Shown: positions 7,449 through 8,640 of the stretch, piece by piece | How positions within the stretch are numbered: the stretch's first letter is position 1 | Layout of the letters: each line of letters begins with the position of its first letter | Program-made: the position numbers and the translations under genes | Source of the DNA: Selaginella moellendorffii | Taxonomy: Eukaryota > Plantae > Lycopodiophyta | DNA length: 8,640 bases | Direction: 5' to 3' | Assembly (NCBI RefSeq): GCF_000143415.4 | Contig: NW_003314626.1 | Span: 1 to 8,640 of the forward strand | Notes under the pieces: generated by a model | Seen by the model: only the letters and a program-made list of their open reading frames with translations | Database searches by the model: none | Told to the model about the DNA's origin: nothing

Positions 7449-8211
7449 ATGTCGAAAATCTCCAAGTCGGTGGCCAAGAGCTCTACATCAACTCATGTTG
7501 CGCAGGGCTTGTACGATGGCAGCAAAACGCTGCTCCACAGCTTTGGAGTGGTCTCCTCGTCAGCCATAATTCCAGGCGAAATCAGAAACCATCTCAAGCC
7601 CAAGGATCTCTTTGATTTCGTCGCTCTTGAGCGATCCAGCCCCTCGCTCCTCCGTGCCATCGTCTACTGCCAATCCGGCCTCACAAACGGCTTCACCAGG
7701 AGCTTGACCAAGGGCTTGCAGGGCGCCATCGAAGCAACAGCCGCCCTCGCCACTAACTGCATCAAAGTCGATCATCAACCACGACTTCCTGGTGATTGTG
7801 CTGGTCGTCGGGGGCATGGAGCAATTCTTCCTTGCCGAGAAGTGTGGCCCTGGCGAAGAATGCGGGATCAATATCACCCTCGTTCGCAGTCTAGGCGAGT
7901 ATACCAATGCCAAGCTGCTGAATTTCGATTGTGAGGATACGCCGCTGGAACTGCACGAGCTCATGAGGATTCTGGAGAATCATGACCCGCAGTACAGCCA
8001 TCACGACAAGAATTGCTGGGAGTATGCGATGAACACCACCAGGAAGCTGCTGATGGAGTGCCACCGGAGGAGTGGAAAGGCCCAGTTTTGCGAGCGGGCC
8101 GAGGTGGTCGGGGGTGAGATCGCTGTAGCACAAGCCCAAGGTATGAGCAGTCGAAGTTTCAAGGTGTTTGCGCAAGCAATCTCCGCGCTTACTTCCAATA
8201 CTACTTCTTAG
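7449..8211 (+). pseudogene. Frameshifted duplicate of the 1495-2262 gene
   Basis: A 5-bp deletion at ~7763/7764 (ATCAATCCAAAG to ATCAAAG) splits the ORF into 7425-7934 and 7792-8211, just upstream of the putative catalytic His. Three missense changes are also present (S>F, V>M, K>R). Confidence 0.88.
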
Positions 8212-8380
8212 TTGACGACAATCGATATGGTTACACCCTTATAGCCTTATAGTTATGGTTATGGTTATAGTTTACAAAGAGGTTTCTATTATTGAGGTTT
8301 ATCATTACGATTTATAATATTAAAGTCATTATAAATGTTATGGCTTGCTTTGTTTTGGAAATTCAACATAGCACTAATAT

Positions 8381-8640
8381 CTAGAGAAGGAGTACTTGCC
8401 CAGCAAATGTTGGGTGGTTTACAGAGAGGTTTAATATAAAATATCTTTATAAACAGTGTTGATTGTAAAAGCATAAGGATTTTGAGGAAGGAGGTGGCCT
8501 TGGTGTGTGGTGTTTTGAATTTTAATTCCAAGTCCATGTGGTGATATGCATCTTGATAAAGCCATATAAAGTTACCCATGAGTGAAAATTGGGTGGGGCA
8601 AGTAAACTCCAACTCGGTCAAATGTTTGTCCTTGGCATTT
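8381..8640 (-). mobile_element. Duplicate of the Helitron 3' fragment, cut by the window edge
   Basis: Same helicase tail (stop ending at 8431, premature TAA 8574-8572), hairpin 8415-8398 and CTAG 8384-8381. Confidence 0.8.

Larger units (their letters stand above)
5955..8640. repeat. Tandem segmental duplication, visible part of copy 2
   Basis: Near-identical to 1-2691. The ORF track repeats with offset 5954/5949. The repeat runs off the window end. Confidence 0.98.

Noticed and set aside
2432-8380. Whole 5.95-kb unit as a head-to-tail rolling-circle Helitron concatemer
   Set aside because: A CTRR|TC junction would be expected, but the minus strand reads CTAG|ATATT and no 5' TC terminus is evident.
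8289-8621. 110-aa minus-strand ORF present only in copy 2
   Set aside because: It is an alternative frame of the helicase tail, opened by C2512/G8461 removing a TGA. It has no recognisable motifs.

Overview
Eukaryotic DNA with very short spliceosomal introns (mostly 48-64 nt, one GC-AG), suggestive of a compact seedless-plant genome such as Selaginella (inference only). The window is a near-perfect tandem duplication with a 5954-bp period: 1-2691 recurs at 5955-8640 with 6 substitutions and one 5-bp deletion by manual comparison. The unit contains (i) a 17-exon, 5'-truncated P5(B-like) P-type ATPase pseudogene (3498-6694) with three frameshifts and a nonsense codon, whose last exons also appear at 1-740; (ii) an intronless 255-aa ORF (1495-2262) with a His...Y-x5-NC-x2-YA signature of permuted papain-like (PPPDE/LRAT-type) cysteine peptidases, intact in copy 1 and frameshifted in copy 2; (iii) a decayed Helitron 3' end on the minus strand (PIF1 helicase C-terminus, hairpin, CTAG); (iv) a ~650-bp non-coding, hairpin-rich LTR-like segment at the junction that cuts both the helicase and the ATPase. 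No prokaryotic system, CRISPR array or RNA gene is supported. The most novel element is the orphan peptidase-like gene.
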